From positions 32,471 to 96,470 of IMG/VR virus record IMGVR_UViG_3300045988_119023: DNA of 64,000 nt, one strand, 5' to 3'. The notes beneath the pieces are model-generated. The model saw nothing but the letters and a program-made list of their open reading frames with translations. It ran no database searches and was not told the DNA's origin. Source of the DNA: a virus. This document shows positions 47,689-57,338 of the stretch, one piece after another. Positions within the stretch are counted from its first letter, which is position 1. Every line of letters begins with the position of its first letter. A program made the position numbers and the translations under genes.

Positions 47689-48045
47689 TCACATTATTCC
47701 TTCTAAATTTACTTTTATAGAACCATTTATGGTTTTAATGCTCCCATCTATGGTTGAAATCACATCATCTATATCATTTATAATGCCTTCCATGTCATCA
47801 ACCACCTCCTCCATATCAGTTACAGCCTGATCTGATTCCCAATATCTTTCTGAGTCTTGTAACGATTCTGGTATATTATCTCTCGCCTCAGTCTCTTCAT
47901 CTAAAATCATATCAACATCATCTTTGGCTGAATTTATGTTGTACTTCAACTCCGATAACTTTGATTTGATGTATTCAAAATCTGTTTTATACTTATTTAC
48001 GTTGTTAATAACATCCGATATTTTTTTTCTTCTCTTGTTGTTCAT
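47689..48045 (-). CDS. Hypothetical acidic coiled-coil protein.
   Basis: ORF overlapping the start of the helicase gene. Confidence 0.4.
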   Translation of the reverse strand: MNNKRRKKISDVINNVNKYKTDFEYIKSKLSELKYNINSAKDDVDMILDEETEARDNIPESLQDSERYWESDQAVTDMEEVVDDMEGIINDIDDVISTIDGSIKTINGSIKVNLEGIM

Positions 48046-49466
48046 GCCTTTATCCTATTATAATATTCGATAATCTTTTCTTTCCTGTCTCCTGGTTTTA
48101 CTGCCATATTTTCAGCCAAGAACCTAAAATACGACACCGGTATGTCCTTGAATCTAATTCCTTCATATTTTCCAAACCACATTATTATGCCGTCAAGATC
48201 GTCTTCTCTCCTACCATCTCCATTCACAGATTTAAGCGAGGCTGCCCGGCGAAGGATCTCGTCTTTGGTAATAATATCACCCATCCTTATATTGGATAGA
48301 AGCTGATTGCCGGCAAACATACACCAGCCCTTAGAAGGAAATTGCTCGATTGTCAGGTCTTCTATCCGACCAAAGCGTCTCATGTTGTCGCAGCAATCAA
48401 CTATCAGCGCCTCTTTCTTGTCAGGATGGATGCGGACGGCGCGGCCTAATATTTGGTAATAAGTTGAATATGAGAAAGTTGGTCGACCAAACATCACACA
48501 ATCAAGTTCAGGAAAATCAAATCCGGTAGCAAGCGTTGAATAATTAAAAACCACCTTCAACTTACCTTCTTTGAAATCTGATATAATTTGTTCTCTTTTC
48601 TTTTTGGTTGTTAGCGATGTTACGACACCGGTTATGGCTCCCATCTTGGCATTCATAAACTCTGATATTCTATTACATGATTCGATAGAATCCATGCAAA
48701 CCAAAATGGCTTTACGTTCGTTCATAAGTTGAAGAAGGCGCTTGTAGATAGAGTTGTTTAAGCCATTTCTTACAATACTTTCTTTAATAGATTCGTTGGT
48801 GTATTCAGCTCCGGTACTGTTTAACATCAGAGCCGATTCATCAAACGACCATCGTTCGTACTTAAGTGGACACCAAAACCCTTGAGAGGTTAGTTCTTGT
48901 ATTTGAGTCACATGAACTATTTTCTTGAAGAAATTATGCTCGTCTTTCGTCAGCATATTGAGCTTGCTATAGTTTCCTTCCAGCATGAAACTGTAGGTTC
49001 GGAGGCGGCAGGGAGTGGCGGTGAAGCCCAGCACCTTCGCCTCTGGAAACCCGTTCATAAACTCCATAAATTCAGAACCTTCTTCAGGAGAATATCCTGA
49101 ATGACATTCATCTATCAATAAGGTATCTATCCCTATATCCTTCAACCTCGCTACATCTTTCTTTATGCTCTTTAATGTTGCATAAGTCATAGCCGACAGC
49201 TCCTTTATACCACATGAAGCAGAATATATAGTAGGTTCAGAACCGAATGATACGGCTTTCGCATAATTCTGCTCCAGAATCTCTTTTGAGGGCTGTAATA
49301 CTAATGTCGGTCTATTTATTTCATGTGCTATCTTGGATATCAGAAGGCTCTTTCCACATCCGCATGGGGCTACGATTATGCCAGGCTTCTTAGATCTTCC
49401 TGTAAGAAACTTAAGCCCGGCATCTACTGCCTCTTTTTGGTAAGGTCTAAGTTCAAAGCCCATCAC
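48042..49466 (-). CDS. Superfamily-2 DEAH-type DNA helicase (ResIII-like N-terminus) with a C-terminal DUF3820-like domain.
   Basis: LRPYQKEAV. Walker A: APCGCGKS. Motif II: LLIDECH. Motif III: GFTATPCR. Motif VI: QILGRAVR. C-terminal WFGKYEGIRFKDIPVSYFRFLAEN resembles the DUF3820 / exodeoxyribonuclease X C-terminal domain. Confidence 0.75.
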   Translation of the reverse strand: MMGFELRPYQKEAVDAGLKFLTGRSKKPGIIVAPCGCGKSLLISKIAHEINRPTLVLQPSKEILEQNYAKAVSFGSEPTIYSASCGIKELSAMTYATLKSIKKDVARLKDIGIDTLLIDECHSGYSPEEGSEFMEFMNGFPEAKVLGFTATPCRLRTYSFMLEGNYSKLNMLTKDEHNFFKKIVHVTQIQELTSQGFWCPLKYERWSFDESALMLNSTGAEYTNESIKESIVRNGLNNSIYKRLLQLMNERKAILVCMDSIESCNRISEFMNAKMGAITGVVTSLTTKKKREQIISDFKEGKLKVVFNYSTLATGFDFPELDCVMFGRPTFSYSTYYQILGRAVRIHPDKKEALIVDCCDNMRRFGRIEDLTIEQFPSKGWCMFAGNQLLSNIRMGDIITKDEILRRAASLKSVNGDGRREDDLDGIIMWFGKYEGIRFKDIPVSYFRFLAENMAVKPGDRKEKIIEYYNRIKA

Positions 49467-49839
49467 AATCTATTATATTATTTTTTGAAAGTTCTATTAT
49501 CGCCTCTTTCAACATCTCCCTTGCCTTATTCTCATTATCTTCAAACAGGCATACACTGCATGTAGCACCTTTGGAGGGGTAGTCTCTGTAGGCTTCTGCT
49601 CTTTCTACAACGTACTCACAACAATAGTCGTGACTCATGTCTTTTGCTATACTTATAAAATGATCTTCTCCATCCATCAACACGCAATATTCAGCATCGT
49701 TTTCGCATGCAATAACACCTTTGTTTTTTAAAATGGATAGCACTTTATTTCCAAAAAGTCCAATATAGACCCATATACCTTTCCCTGCATTTTTGTAAAA
49801 AATATCCATTCCTTCTTTGATTGTGACTTTCTTTTCCAT
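49453..49839 (-). CDS. Hypothetical protein with several Cys.
   Basis: ORF. Confidence 0.4.
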   Translation of the reverse strand: MEKKVTIKEGMDIFYKNAGKGIWVYIGLFGNKVLSILKNKGVIACENDAEYCVLMDGEDHFISIAKDMSHDYCCEYVVERAEAYRDYPSKGATCSVCLFEDNENKAREMLKEAIIELSKNNIIDCDGL

Positions 49840-49845
49840 AATCCC

Positions 49846-50196
49846 TTATTTTATATCAGTAATTAAAACATATATTTTAGCAATATCTTCAAGACTCACA
49901 GAAGAACGTATATATAGTTTTTCTTCGTACTCATATAGAGCGTACCCTTCTTTTATGTCTAATATCTTAATCACATGCTTGCCTCTTTCAAATGGATCCT
50001 CAAAGTAGCTCTTATGTTCGTATCTTTGACCTACTTTGATTTTGTCAGTTTTCTTCTTCATCTTATAACGCTCTACTGCTCTACCTGTTTTTATGAAAGC
50101 TGTCGTGAGTAAGTATAATAAAACTAAATACAAAAGGATCGCTACTCCACATATTAGATCTTCTTTCATTACACTCCTTTTAAATAGTTGAACCAT
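49846..50196 (-). CDS. Hypothetical protein with an N-terminal TM helix.
   Basis: ORF. Contains ILLYLVLLYLLTTAFI. Confidence 0.4.
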   Translation of the reverse strand: MVQLFKRSVMKEDLICGVAILLYLVLLYLLTTAFIKTGRAVERYKMKKKTDKIKVGQRYEHKSYFEDPFERGKHVIKILDIKEGYALYEYEEKLYIRSSVSLEDIAKIYVLITDIK

Positions 50197-50335
50197 ATAT
50201 CCTCCAGCTTCTCCTGAAGCTCAAACGCTTTCTTGAAATTCCCGCATCTTACAGCAACGTCTCTCATGTATTCTACGTTTATAACTTCCGGATCTTGCCG
50301 GTATTTTGTTCTTAACTTTTGAACGTCCTCGTATT

Positions 50336-51355
50336 TCATCGTTTTATCTTTTTAGACGGATCCCAATCCGAAGAGAAAGGGCATTCGTTTTTGTTATGTA
50401 ATCCAAAGTCGCAATAATAACACAGTGCTGACGGGCAGGGTAGCTTGTTTTGCGAAACAGGCTGGCTCAGGGTGGCACGCCGCTTGCTATACCTGGCTCC
50501 TTCTGCTCCCTGGATGTACGCTTGAAATGATTTTACACTATTATCTTCAAAATCATACATTTTAGACAAAGTGTCATTTAGCATCTCTATAGATTTTGTT
50601 TTACGTTCCTCATCCACCTTAACCTTTTGGTACTGCCTGGTCCTGGTAAAGAAATAGATGTTCATATCTGGAAGAACTCCACCATATTTTCTATAGATGT
50701 AAAATGAATATATAGGATGCTGTAAATTCGTTTCCAACTTCTTAGAATCAAAAACCTTATTACCTGATTTCCAATCTATGACATAATGGTGAACTACGTT
50801 CTTGCTTTTTATAGCCAGATGAAGGTCTACCGATCCTACTATGTACACATGAGTATGAATTACTCCATTTATGTTAACAGGCTTAGGAAGACGGTACGGC
50901 AGCACAAAATCTTCTTCAACTCCAACTATAGCGCCGTGTCTGATAAGTTTCTCGCAGGGATTAAGATCACTATCAGCTATCATAAACCTATTGCCGTCTT
51001 TTTTGAACAGATCCACAATCCAAGCAAGAAGCTCTCCAGATTGCTTCATGGCTATCATCATATTTTCCGGTGATTGCCAAGGTATGTCTTCTTGGTAAGC
51101 ATAGTAACTTATAGCTTCCCCCAGGTCTTTGCCAGAAGGCTGTCTTCCGTTCTTGAAGAAGTATTCCAGTGTCTTATGAATAACCGTACCATAAGACGTA
51201 GCTTCTTGTTTTTCCGTAGACCTTTTGCCCTCCACGTAAGTTTTATACCATTTCATTGGACAAGTAAGAAACGTATCTATCTGGGAATAAGATATGGCAA
51301 GACGTTTCACACCATTAAACTCCTTATATAGCAAATGCGTTTCCGGGACCATCAT
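50336..51355 (-). CDS. Cas4-like PD-(D/E)xK nuclease with a four-cysteine (Fe-S type) cluster.
   Basis: Motifs: GSVDL, then VIDWKSG, then QHPIYSFY (QxxxY). N-terminal TCPMKWY plus C-terminal CPSALCYYCDF...NECP cysteines. Confidence 0.65.
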   Translation of the reverse strand: MMVPETHLLYKEFNGVKRLAISYSQIDTFLTCPMKWYKTYVEGKRSTEKQEATSYGTVIHKTLEYFFKNGRQPSGKDLGEAISYYAYQEDIPWQSPENMMIAMKQSGELLAWIVDLFKKDGNRFMIADSDLNPCEKLIRHGAIVGVEEDFVLPYRLPKPVNINGVIHTHVYIVGSVDLHLAIKSKNVVHHYVIDWKSGNKVFDSKKLETNLQHPIYSFYIYRKYGGVLPDMNIYFFTRTRQYQKVKVDEERKTKSIEMLNDTLSKMYDFEDNSVKSFQAYIQGAEGARYSKRRATLSQPVSQNKLPCPSALCYYCDFGLHNKNECPFSSDWDPSKKIKR

Positions 51356-51711
51356 AAGTCATTGTCTTTAAATCCTTCCGGGTAATATACGACATACTTC
51401 TTACCGTCTTCTGGTGTCATGGCAAACTGCATGTAGTTATTACGATTACGATGCTTGCCATCCAATCCTCGTTTCCAATACAGGATACCGTCTATATCCA
51501 CATAAGATCGGCCGCGGTCGGCTCTAACCACGTCCGTGTGTAGCAGATACCCGTCGGAAGACACAATCCATACTTTATCCCCTTTGTTTAAATAAGATAT
51601 TCTTTTTCTTACAACAACCTTTTTCTTATTATCCAATACAAATTCCTCATCCGTCATATTCTTCATCCTCCTCTTCTTCTGTTTCAAAATCAATTCCATA
51701 ACACTGATCAT
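51352..51711 (-). CDS. Hypothetical protein.
   Basis: ORF. Confidence 0.4.
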   Translation of the reverse strand: MISVMELILKQKKRRMKNMTDEEFVLDNKKKVVVRKRISYLNKGDKVWIVSSDGYLLHTDVVRADRGRSYVDIDGILYWKRGLDGKHRNRNNYMQFAMTPEDGKKYVVYYPEGFKDNDL

Positions 51712-51895
51712 AATGTCCGGTCAGTTCTTCTGGTTCTAAATCTTGTCCAAAATCCATATTAAAAATATATTAATACATATTAAAAATATATTAATCAATA
51801 AAGCACTAAAAATCACTATTCCTGCTGGCATGAAATCTATAAATGCAGCTTTTGCTTCTTCAATTAGGCCCAAGTGTAACCTTGGGCCATTGTAT

Positions 51896-53596
51896 TTATT
51901 TTTTGTCATCTCCTTTTAACTTCTTTAAAGTATCTGCAATCGGAAGCTGATCAATGACTCCCAATGCCGGAGCGACGGTCTTAACAACATTGTTAAGGAA
52001 ATTACCGGTACTGTTCTGACCGCCGTCAAATACCGTGATATTTCCGAGGTTAATGTGCTCAAATGCCTTAACCTGTTCTCCAGCAATTTCTTTCCACTGA
52101 TTAACCATCTTGTACTGGATGGCTATCTGAGGATTGGATTCTGCTGCTTCCACCATAGCCTTAAATCCCTCTGCTTCTGCCATCAACGACTTTTTCTTAC
52201 CTTCGGCTTCTGCTTCCAACTTCATCTTAATAGCCTTTGCTTCGGCTTCTGCTTTTGCCAAATTGGCTGCTGCTTCAGCGGCAGCCCGGCGTTTAATCTT
52301 TTCTGCTTCAGCATCAGCTTGCAAAATAGCTTCTTGCTTCTGGGTTTCAGCCGGCACAATCTTTTCAGCTCGAAGCGCAGCTTGAACTTTCTCAGCCTTA
52401 GCCTCTTCCACTTCTTTATCAGCAAGCTCTTTTGCCGTTTTTACAGCCGCTTCCGACTTAACCCTCTCTTCTCCAGCCTTCTTTTCTGATTGAGCTTTGA
52501 TAACCTGTAATTCTGATTCTGATATAGCAACCTCTTTCTGGGCATTGTTATAACCCACAGATGCGTTTTTCTCAGCTTCAGCTTTCTTGATCTGAGCTTC
52601 GGAATCTTGGATTGCTATAGCTGCTTGTTTATCAGCCTCAGCCTTATTCTTTCCGACTTCTTCCATTCTTTCAGCCTCAGCTTTGTTTACCTCAAGTTCT
52701 GCCTTAGATCTTGCAATCGCCGATTCTTTGTCAGCCAAAGTCTTTGCAATAACCGCAGCCCTATCTCTATCGGCTTGAGCTACACCGATCTGTTTTTCTT
52801 TATCGGTTAAAGCCAAAGCTACTTCTTTTTCTTTCTTTGTTTCAGCTACTACCGTTTCCTTTTCTTTTTCAGTATAGGCAATTTGAATCTCTTGCTCTTT
52901 TTGGGTATTAGCTACAGCCGTTTCTTTTTCCTTTTGCTGTACAGCAATCTTAATAGCACCCAGCTTTTCCTGTTCTTCGATATTAGCCTGTGCTTCGTTC
53001 AGGGCCTTACTTTCAGCTTCTTTGCCAAGATTCATGATATAGCCGGCTTCGTCTCTGATGTCACTGATGTTGATATTTAGGAGGTAAAGGCCTAACTTAT
53101 TAAGTTCGTTATCAATGTTTTTTCTTGCCTTATCCAAAAACTCATCCCTGTCAGAATTAAGTTTTTCAATCGTCATTTCAGCAATGATCAAACGCATTTG
53201 GCCATAAACGATATCCGTAATAAGATTTTCAGTAGATTCAGTATCCATCCCCAAAAGCCTTTCTGCTGCATTCTGCATAATTTCAGGATTTGTGCTGATT
53301 GCTACTGTAATAGTAGTAGGTACATCCACTCTGATATTTTGAGACGACAAAGCACCGGTGAGCCTACAATCTATTTGCATAGGCTCCATAGACAAAATAT
53401 CATAGCTTTGAATAATAGGCAAGACGAATGCCGCTCCACCATGATATAATTTCGCCGATTTCTTTTCCCCACCTGTCTTACCATAAACGACCAAGACTTG
53501 ATTAGGCTTACATCTACGATACCTTGATAAGACTCCGATGATTGTCAAAATAATCACTACAGCTAAAATAGCTGACACGTACATGATTGTTGTCAT
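51896..53596 (-). CDS. Flotillin-like SPFH/Band-7 protein (FloT/YuaG/YqiK family). Has an N-terminal TM, an SPFH domain and a long Ala/Glu/Lys coiled coil.
   Basis: KPNQVLVVYGKTGG...GGAAFVLPIIQSYDILSMEPMQID and NINISDIRDEAGYIMNLGKEAE align to the FloT SPFH core. C-terminal ITVFDGGQNSTGNFL resembles the FloT C-terminus. Confidence 0.8.
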   Translation of the reverse strand: MTTIMYVSAILAVVIILTIIGVLSRYRRCKPNQVLVVYGKTGGEKKSAKLYHGGAAFVLPIIQSYDILSMEPMQIDCRLTGALSSQNIRVDVPTTITVAISTNPEIMQNAAERLLGMDTESTENLITDIVYGQMRLIIAEMTIEKLNSDRDEFLDKARKNIDNELNKLGLYLLNINISDIRDEAGYIMNLGKEAESKALNEAQANIEEQEKLGAIKIAVQQKEKETAVANTQKEQEIQIAYTEKEKETVVAETKKEKEVALALTDKEKQIGVAQADRDRAAVIAKTLADKESAIARSKAELEVNKAEAERMEEVGKNKAEADKQAAIAIQDSEAQIKKAEAEKNASVGYNNAQKEVAISESELQVIKAQSEKKAGEERVKSEAAVKTAKELADKEVEEAKAEKVQAALRAEKIVPAETQKQEAILQADAEAEKIKRRAAAEAAANLAKAEAEAKAIKMKLEAEAEGKKKSLMAEAEGFKAMVEAAESNPQIAIQYKMVNQWKEIAGEQVKAFEHINLGNITVFDGGQNSTGNFLNNVVKTVAPALGVIDQLPIADTLKKLKGDDKK

Positions 53597-53627
53597 AACT
53601 TTTAAAATTTAATTGTTGATAAAAAAA

Positions 53628-54122
53628 TTAGATACTTAATTCTCCTTCTTCGTATTTTATATTCACCTTGTCACCGTTTTTGTAATTTTTTCCAGACAAG
53701 CACCTCACTCTCATCTGTTCCTGTCTTCCATTTTTAGAAATATTTACCATATAATGATTCTTACCTGATCTAAATACTATCTCCACCTCTCTGCCATTTA
53801 AATCTTCCGAACATTCGTACACCATTTCTTGTTTTAACTTAAGAAGTAACTTATATACGTAAAACAAAACGATAAAGAAAAATGACCCTATTACGACCCC
53901 TACTAAATGGGAACCCGAAAAGTATGTGGTCCAGCTATATCCAAGAATAAAATGTGTTATGCCCTTGAATGATATGATGTCCGACAAAGACATGCTTAAA
54001 TCAGAAGCGCTGTTAATGTCAATATCCGTATCCAGATCAGATCCTAATATCGACAACAAAAACTGTATAACAAAAGCAAATGACGCTATTAAAGCCATGC
54101 ATAAAATTATATCACTTCCCAT
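53628..54122 (-). CDS. NfeD-like membrane protein (YuaF/YqiJ family) with TM helices and a C-terminal OB-fold. It sits immediately upstream of the flotillin gene.
   Basis: Two hydrophobic segments, then GREVEIVFRSGKNHYMVNISKNGRQEQMRVRCLSG...GDKVNIKYEEGE (OB-fold beta-barrel pattern). The pairing with flotillin matches the conserved nfeD-SPFH operon. Confidence 0.65.
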   Translation of the reverse strand: MGSDIILCMALIASFAFVIQFLLSILGSDLDTDIDINSASDLSMSLSDIISFKGITHFILGYSWTTYFSGSHLVGVVIGSFFFIVLFYVYKLLLKLKQEMVYECSEDLNGREVEIVFRSGKNHYMVNISKNGRQEQMRVRCLSGKNYKNGDKVNIKYEEGELSI

Positions 54123-54363
54123 ATCCTTCTGTTATTATTTTGTAAACAAGATCAGTCATTTCTTTGATGGATTCTGTATAATAATCAATAATAACAATAT
54201 TGAATTTTTGTTCCACCATCACATCAAGCTCAACTTTATCAATAGAATCTAATCCAAGTTCTTCAAACGACACATCTTCTTCATGAATCATATCCATTTC
54301 CGAATGAAGAAACTGAGTAATAATCATATCCTCTATGATCTTTCTGATTTCTACTTTTTCCAT
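54112..54363 (-). CDS. Acyl carrier protein-like (83 aa).
   Basis: EELGLDSIDKVELDVMVEQKF matches the ACP phosphopantetheine-attachment motif LGxDSLDxVELVMxxEEEF, including the Ser. Overlaps the nfeD start by 11 nt, so they are co-operonic. Confidence 0.7.
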   Translation of the reverse strand: MEKVEIRKIIEDMIITQFLHSEMDMIHEEDVSFEELGLDSIDKVELDVMVEQKFNIVIIDYYTESIKEMTDLVYKIITEGYGK

Positions 54364-55064
54364 TGCTTTCTAATTTTATTAAATAAATACGTTTTTATGT
54401 TTTTCAACCTCTCTTTGTCTGTTTCCGAACTTCCGGTAAACAAATAATCCGGATTTCCTTTAGCCGGCGGCGTAGGCAATTTAGATACGGCAAACAACCA
54501 ATCCATTTCCTTATTCTTCTTAGACTCCAAATAAGGCTCGGTAGCGATCTTAAATTTTTCAGCTATTAAGTCAAAGAGCTTTGAGTTTTTAAGGTTCATA
54601 TGGACTGAAAAAGCCTGAGAAGGCGGTTTCCATATGAAGTTACATAAGCTCATTGTGTAATCTCCTGACTCTGCTATATAAGATTCTGTTACCTGAAGTA
54701 TGACCTCTTTCTTAAATGAGGTGTTACCCATAAACCAACACAATCTGGATTCCGCTTCTTTTCTGCTGACACCTATGTCTTTTGAATATGATTCGTACAT
54801 TCCTATCATAATCTTCAACGTTTCCAGAACCTCGTCCGTCATTTCCGGTGTCTCTATATAATTCACAAAAGACGTTCCTTTGTTGGTTAATCTCATCACG
54901 CCTGATTTTAATTTCTCAACCAGGCCAAGCTCTATATATCTCCCAGCATCTTCTTCCGGCATGGCTTCGATCATAACCGAATCCTTCTGTCTTATGGCAA
55001 GAAGATTAGCGAGATCATTAGGAGTCATGTCTGATGCTGCAAGTTGTCTGAAATTGATGTACAT
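54351..55064 (-). CDS. Hypothetical protein (237 aa), first gene of the ACP-NfeD-flotillin operon.
   Basis: ORF overlapping the ACP start by 13 nt. Confidence 0.45.
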   Translation of the reverse strand: MYINFRQLAASDMTPNDLANLLAIRQKDSVMIEAMPEEDAGRYIELGLVEKLKSGVMRLTNKGTSFVNYIETPEMTDEVLETLKIMIGMYESYSKDIGVSRKEAESRLCWFMGNTSFKKEVILQVTESYIAESGDYTMSLCNFIWKPPSQAFSVHMNLKNSKLFDLIAEKFKIATEPYLESKKNKEMDWLFAVSKLPTPPAKGNPDYLFTGSSETDKERLKNIKTYLFNKIRKQWKK

Positions 55065-55066
55065 GC

Positions 55067-55273
55067 CTAATCAGCTTTAATAAAAATAACATCCTTGTTA
55101 TCCTCCCTCTCCGCGTGATTACACGGACCTGCAACCACACCCACTGCCCCGCATGTAAAGTAATTAAATATACATCCTTCACATCCTGCATCTGGTGCCG
55201 TAGGTTCCACGCATTTTAATCTCACAAGTCCGGCATCAAACACTTCTCCTATTTTAAATTCCTTCTTTTCCAT
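55067..55273 (-). CDS. Small Cys-rich protein (68 aa).
   Basis: CVEPTAPDAGCEGCIFNYFTCGAVGVVAGPC, five Cys in 31 residues. Confidence 0.4.
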   Translation of the reverse strand: MEKKEFKIGEVFDAGLVRLKCVEPTAPDAGCEGCIFNYFTCGAVGVVAGPCNHAEREDNKDVIFIKAD

Positions 55274-55288
55274 ATTTCCTCCTTGTTT

Positions 55289-55891
55289 TTAACTGTTGTA
55301 TCCTTCTTTGATAATCGAATTTCTACCGGTAGATACCGACTGTCGAAGATCGTCATGTACAGAATCTACCGTAGAATACTTGTTTCTGGTTGTAAAAATC
55401 ACTTCCAGCATCTCCTTGTAATCACCTAAAGCCACTTCGTATCTTGGATCCACTTTGGCTTTTCTTTCAGCCTCGGCATTACTTTTAGCCAGCTCTCGGT
55501 CGAGAAGATCTTCTTTGATTCGGTCAGCAATCATATCAAGCTCTTTTTTGATTACTTCGCCGGCTGCCCGAAGTTGACCTTCTACGTCACCAAGCTGATC
55601 TTGGACGGTTCCTATTTCTTTCTTTAAACGATCGTATTCGTTAATCATACCCATATCACCTGCATAGCCGGAAAAGTCCTTGATTATTCTGGTTCCTTCT
55701 TTAAGGAGCTCAATAACTCGTCTTTTGCGTTCTCTGCTTATTAAAGACGGAAGACGATAATTCATATCCGCCACCGCCTTGTCGTGTATGGAGTTGATTA
55801 AAAACATCTCTCTTTCATCCCCTGCGAACTCAGTAAGAACCAAAAGGAACTTACTTATCAGGTATTCGTTTTCTTCTACGGTAAGTCTCAT
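55289..55891 (-). CDS. Hypothetical coiled-coil protein.
   Basis: ORF. Confidence 0.4.
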   Translation of the reverse strand: MRLTVEENEYLISKFLLVLTEFAGDEREMFLINSIHDKAVADMNYRLPSLISRERKRRVIELLKEGTRIIKDFSGYAGDMGMINEYDRLKKEIGTVQDQLGDVEGQLRAAGEVIKKELDMIADRIKEDLLDRELAKSNAEAERKAKVDPRYEVALGDYKEMLEVIFTTRNKYSTVDSVHDDLRQSVSTGRNSIIKEGYNS

Positions 55892-55904
55892 ACGTTTCTT
55901 TTTT

Positions 55905-57038
55905 TTAATATACTGACTGTTCTTCCTTTACCTCTTGTTCTTGATCTTGATTGTTCGTAACGTCTTCCACAGTATAGAGCTTGGGCGGCGTCGGCGGCTG
56001 GTTGGGGTTCACGAACTTCGTCCCTCCCTCCCCGTACATCCATCCATGCCCCGGCAGGATCTCTGGGTGGATTGTATTAGTAAGCTCTTCCATACTAACT
56101 TGCCTTACCTTCAGTATATGATGAAACACCAGTCCGGCTGTCCTGAATGATGTTTTGTTTTCAGTTTTAAACCGGTCAAGAGTCTGATACCAATCTTTTC
56201 CAAATATCATATACTTATCCAGCCCGTATCTGCGAGGATTATGCAAGCCTATCATTAACGTACATAGTTGTCCCAACGTATCAGATTGGTAAAAATCAGA
56301 AAGACGCGGAGGCTGCTCTTGGGGACTTTTTATCCGTCCTTCTATTTCTCTGTTGAATTGGGATATAATGAGAAAAAATATGTTTTTATACACTAATTTG
56401 GCTTCATTCATTACCGCCACCAAATCATCTATAGCCGACTTAGGATCCAATCCCATTCTTTTTATCAAAGCAATATGATCGACTTTAAATATTATAAGAC
56501 GTTTGTCTTTATGTTTAGTAGCTATATGATACACAGCCGCCTCAAACTCTTTTACCGTACATGGAGCATCAATGTATATTATATTATTTCTGATTTCACC
56601 TTGAAGGATTTCAAACATTCTCGTCTCTTCTATCGTATTAGAATCTTGCCTTCTTAATATTTCAGGAGCCCGCTTTTTCATATCCTGGCTCATTCTGCGA
56701 AGAAGAAGATCTTGAGGATTCATTTCGAACTCGCAATTGACAAGAAAATAATCTTCTGCTTGCGGGTTAATCATCGGATTCATCACATTTTCCAATATCT
56801 TTTGAGCCACATACGATTTACCTACAGATGGCCGGGCTCCTATGGCAATAGCATGCTGAGGGAAAATGCCTCCAAGCAAAGCCTCGTCAATATAATCGTA
56901 TCCGGTTTTAGCGGGGATAAGTTCTCCCCGCCTGTATTTTAAGATATTCTCATACGCCTCTTCCATAACCTGTTTAGAGGTCTTGAATATCCTTCTTATA
57001 TCTATCCTATTTGCTATCTCCTCTTGCATTTTTGTCAC
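55905..57038 (-). CDS. DnaB-family replicative helicase (C-terminal RecA-like ATPase domain only).
   Basis: AIAIGARPSVGKSYVAQKI (DnaB Walker A; compare IIAARPSMGKTA). VNCEFEMNPQDLLLRRMS matches the DnaB SLEMS motif region. Confidence 0.7.
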   Translation of the reverse strand: MTKMQEEIANRIDIRRIFKTSKQVMEEAYENILKYRRGELIPAKTGYDYIDEALLGGIFPQHAIAIGARPSVGKSYVAQKILENVMNPMINPQAEDYFLVNCEFEMNPQDLLLRRMSQDMKKRAPEILRRQDSNTIEETRMFEILQGEIRNNIIYIDAPCTVKEFEAAVYHIATKHKDKRLIIFKVDHIALIKRMGLDPKSAIDDLVAVMNEAKLVYKNIFFLIISQFNREIEGRIKSPQEQPPRLSDFYQSDTLGQLCTLMIGLHNPRRYGLDKYMIFGKDWYQTLDRFKTENKTSFRTAGLVFHHILKVRQVSMEELTNTIHPEILPGHGWMYGEGGTKFVNPNQPPTPPKLYTVEDVTNNQDQEQEVKEEQSVY

Positions 57039-57330
57039 CTTTCGTATCCGATTTGGATCCCCTATTAGCTTTTACTGATTTATACCTAAGACCGTTCTTG
57101 GTATGAGAACAATCCTTGCCTTTCCTCCAGCTTTTGCCCTTCTTCTTGTCCGTTTCGTAGTTTTTACGACCAAGCTCCCGGCGTTTGGCTTTCTGTTCCG
57201 GTCTGGCATTTATCTCCTTGTCTTTTTTAGCCTTTTTCTTCCTGGCTTCGGGATGAGTCCTGTAGTACTCTGTCGATCTACCCATGTGCTTATATTTTTT
57301 TTTGATTAATAATAGCACAAAGATAGGCAA
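57007..57330 (-). CDS. Possible Lys/Arg-rich basic protein.
   Basis: Very basic ORF (KKKAKKDKE...RRELGRKNYETDKKKGK). May be real or a low-complexity artefact. Confidence 0.3.
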   Translation of the reverse strand: MPIFVLLLIKKKYKHMGRSTEYYRTHPEARKKKAKKDKEINARPEQKAKRRELGRKNYETDKKKGKSWRKGKDCSHTKNGLRYKSVKANRGSKSDTKGDKNARGDSK

Positions 57331-57338
57331 TTCGCGCC

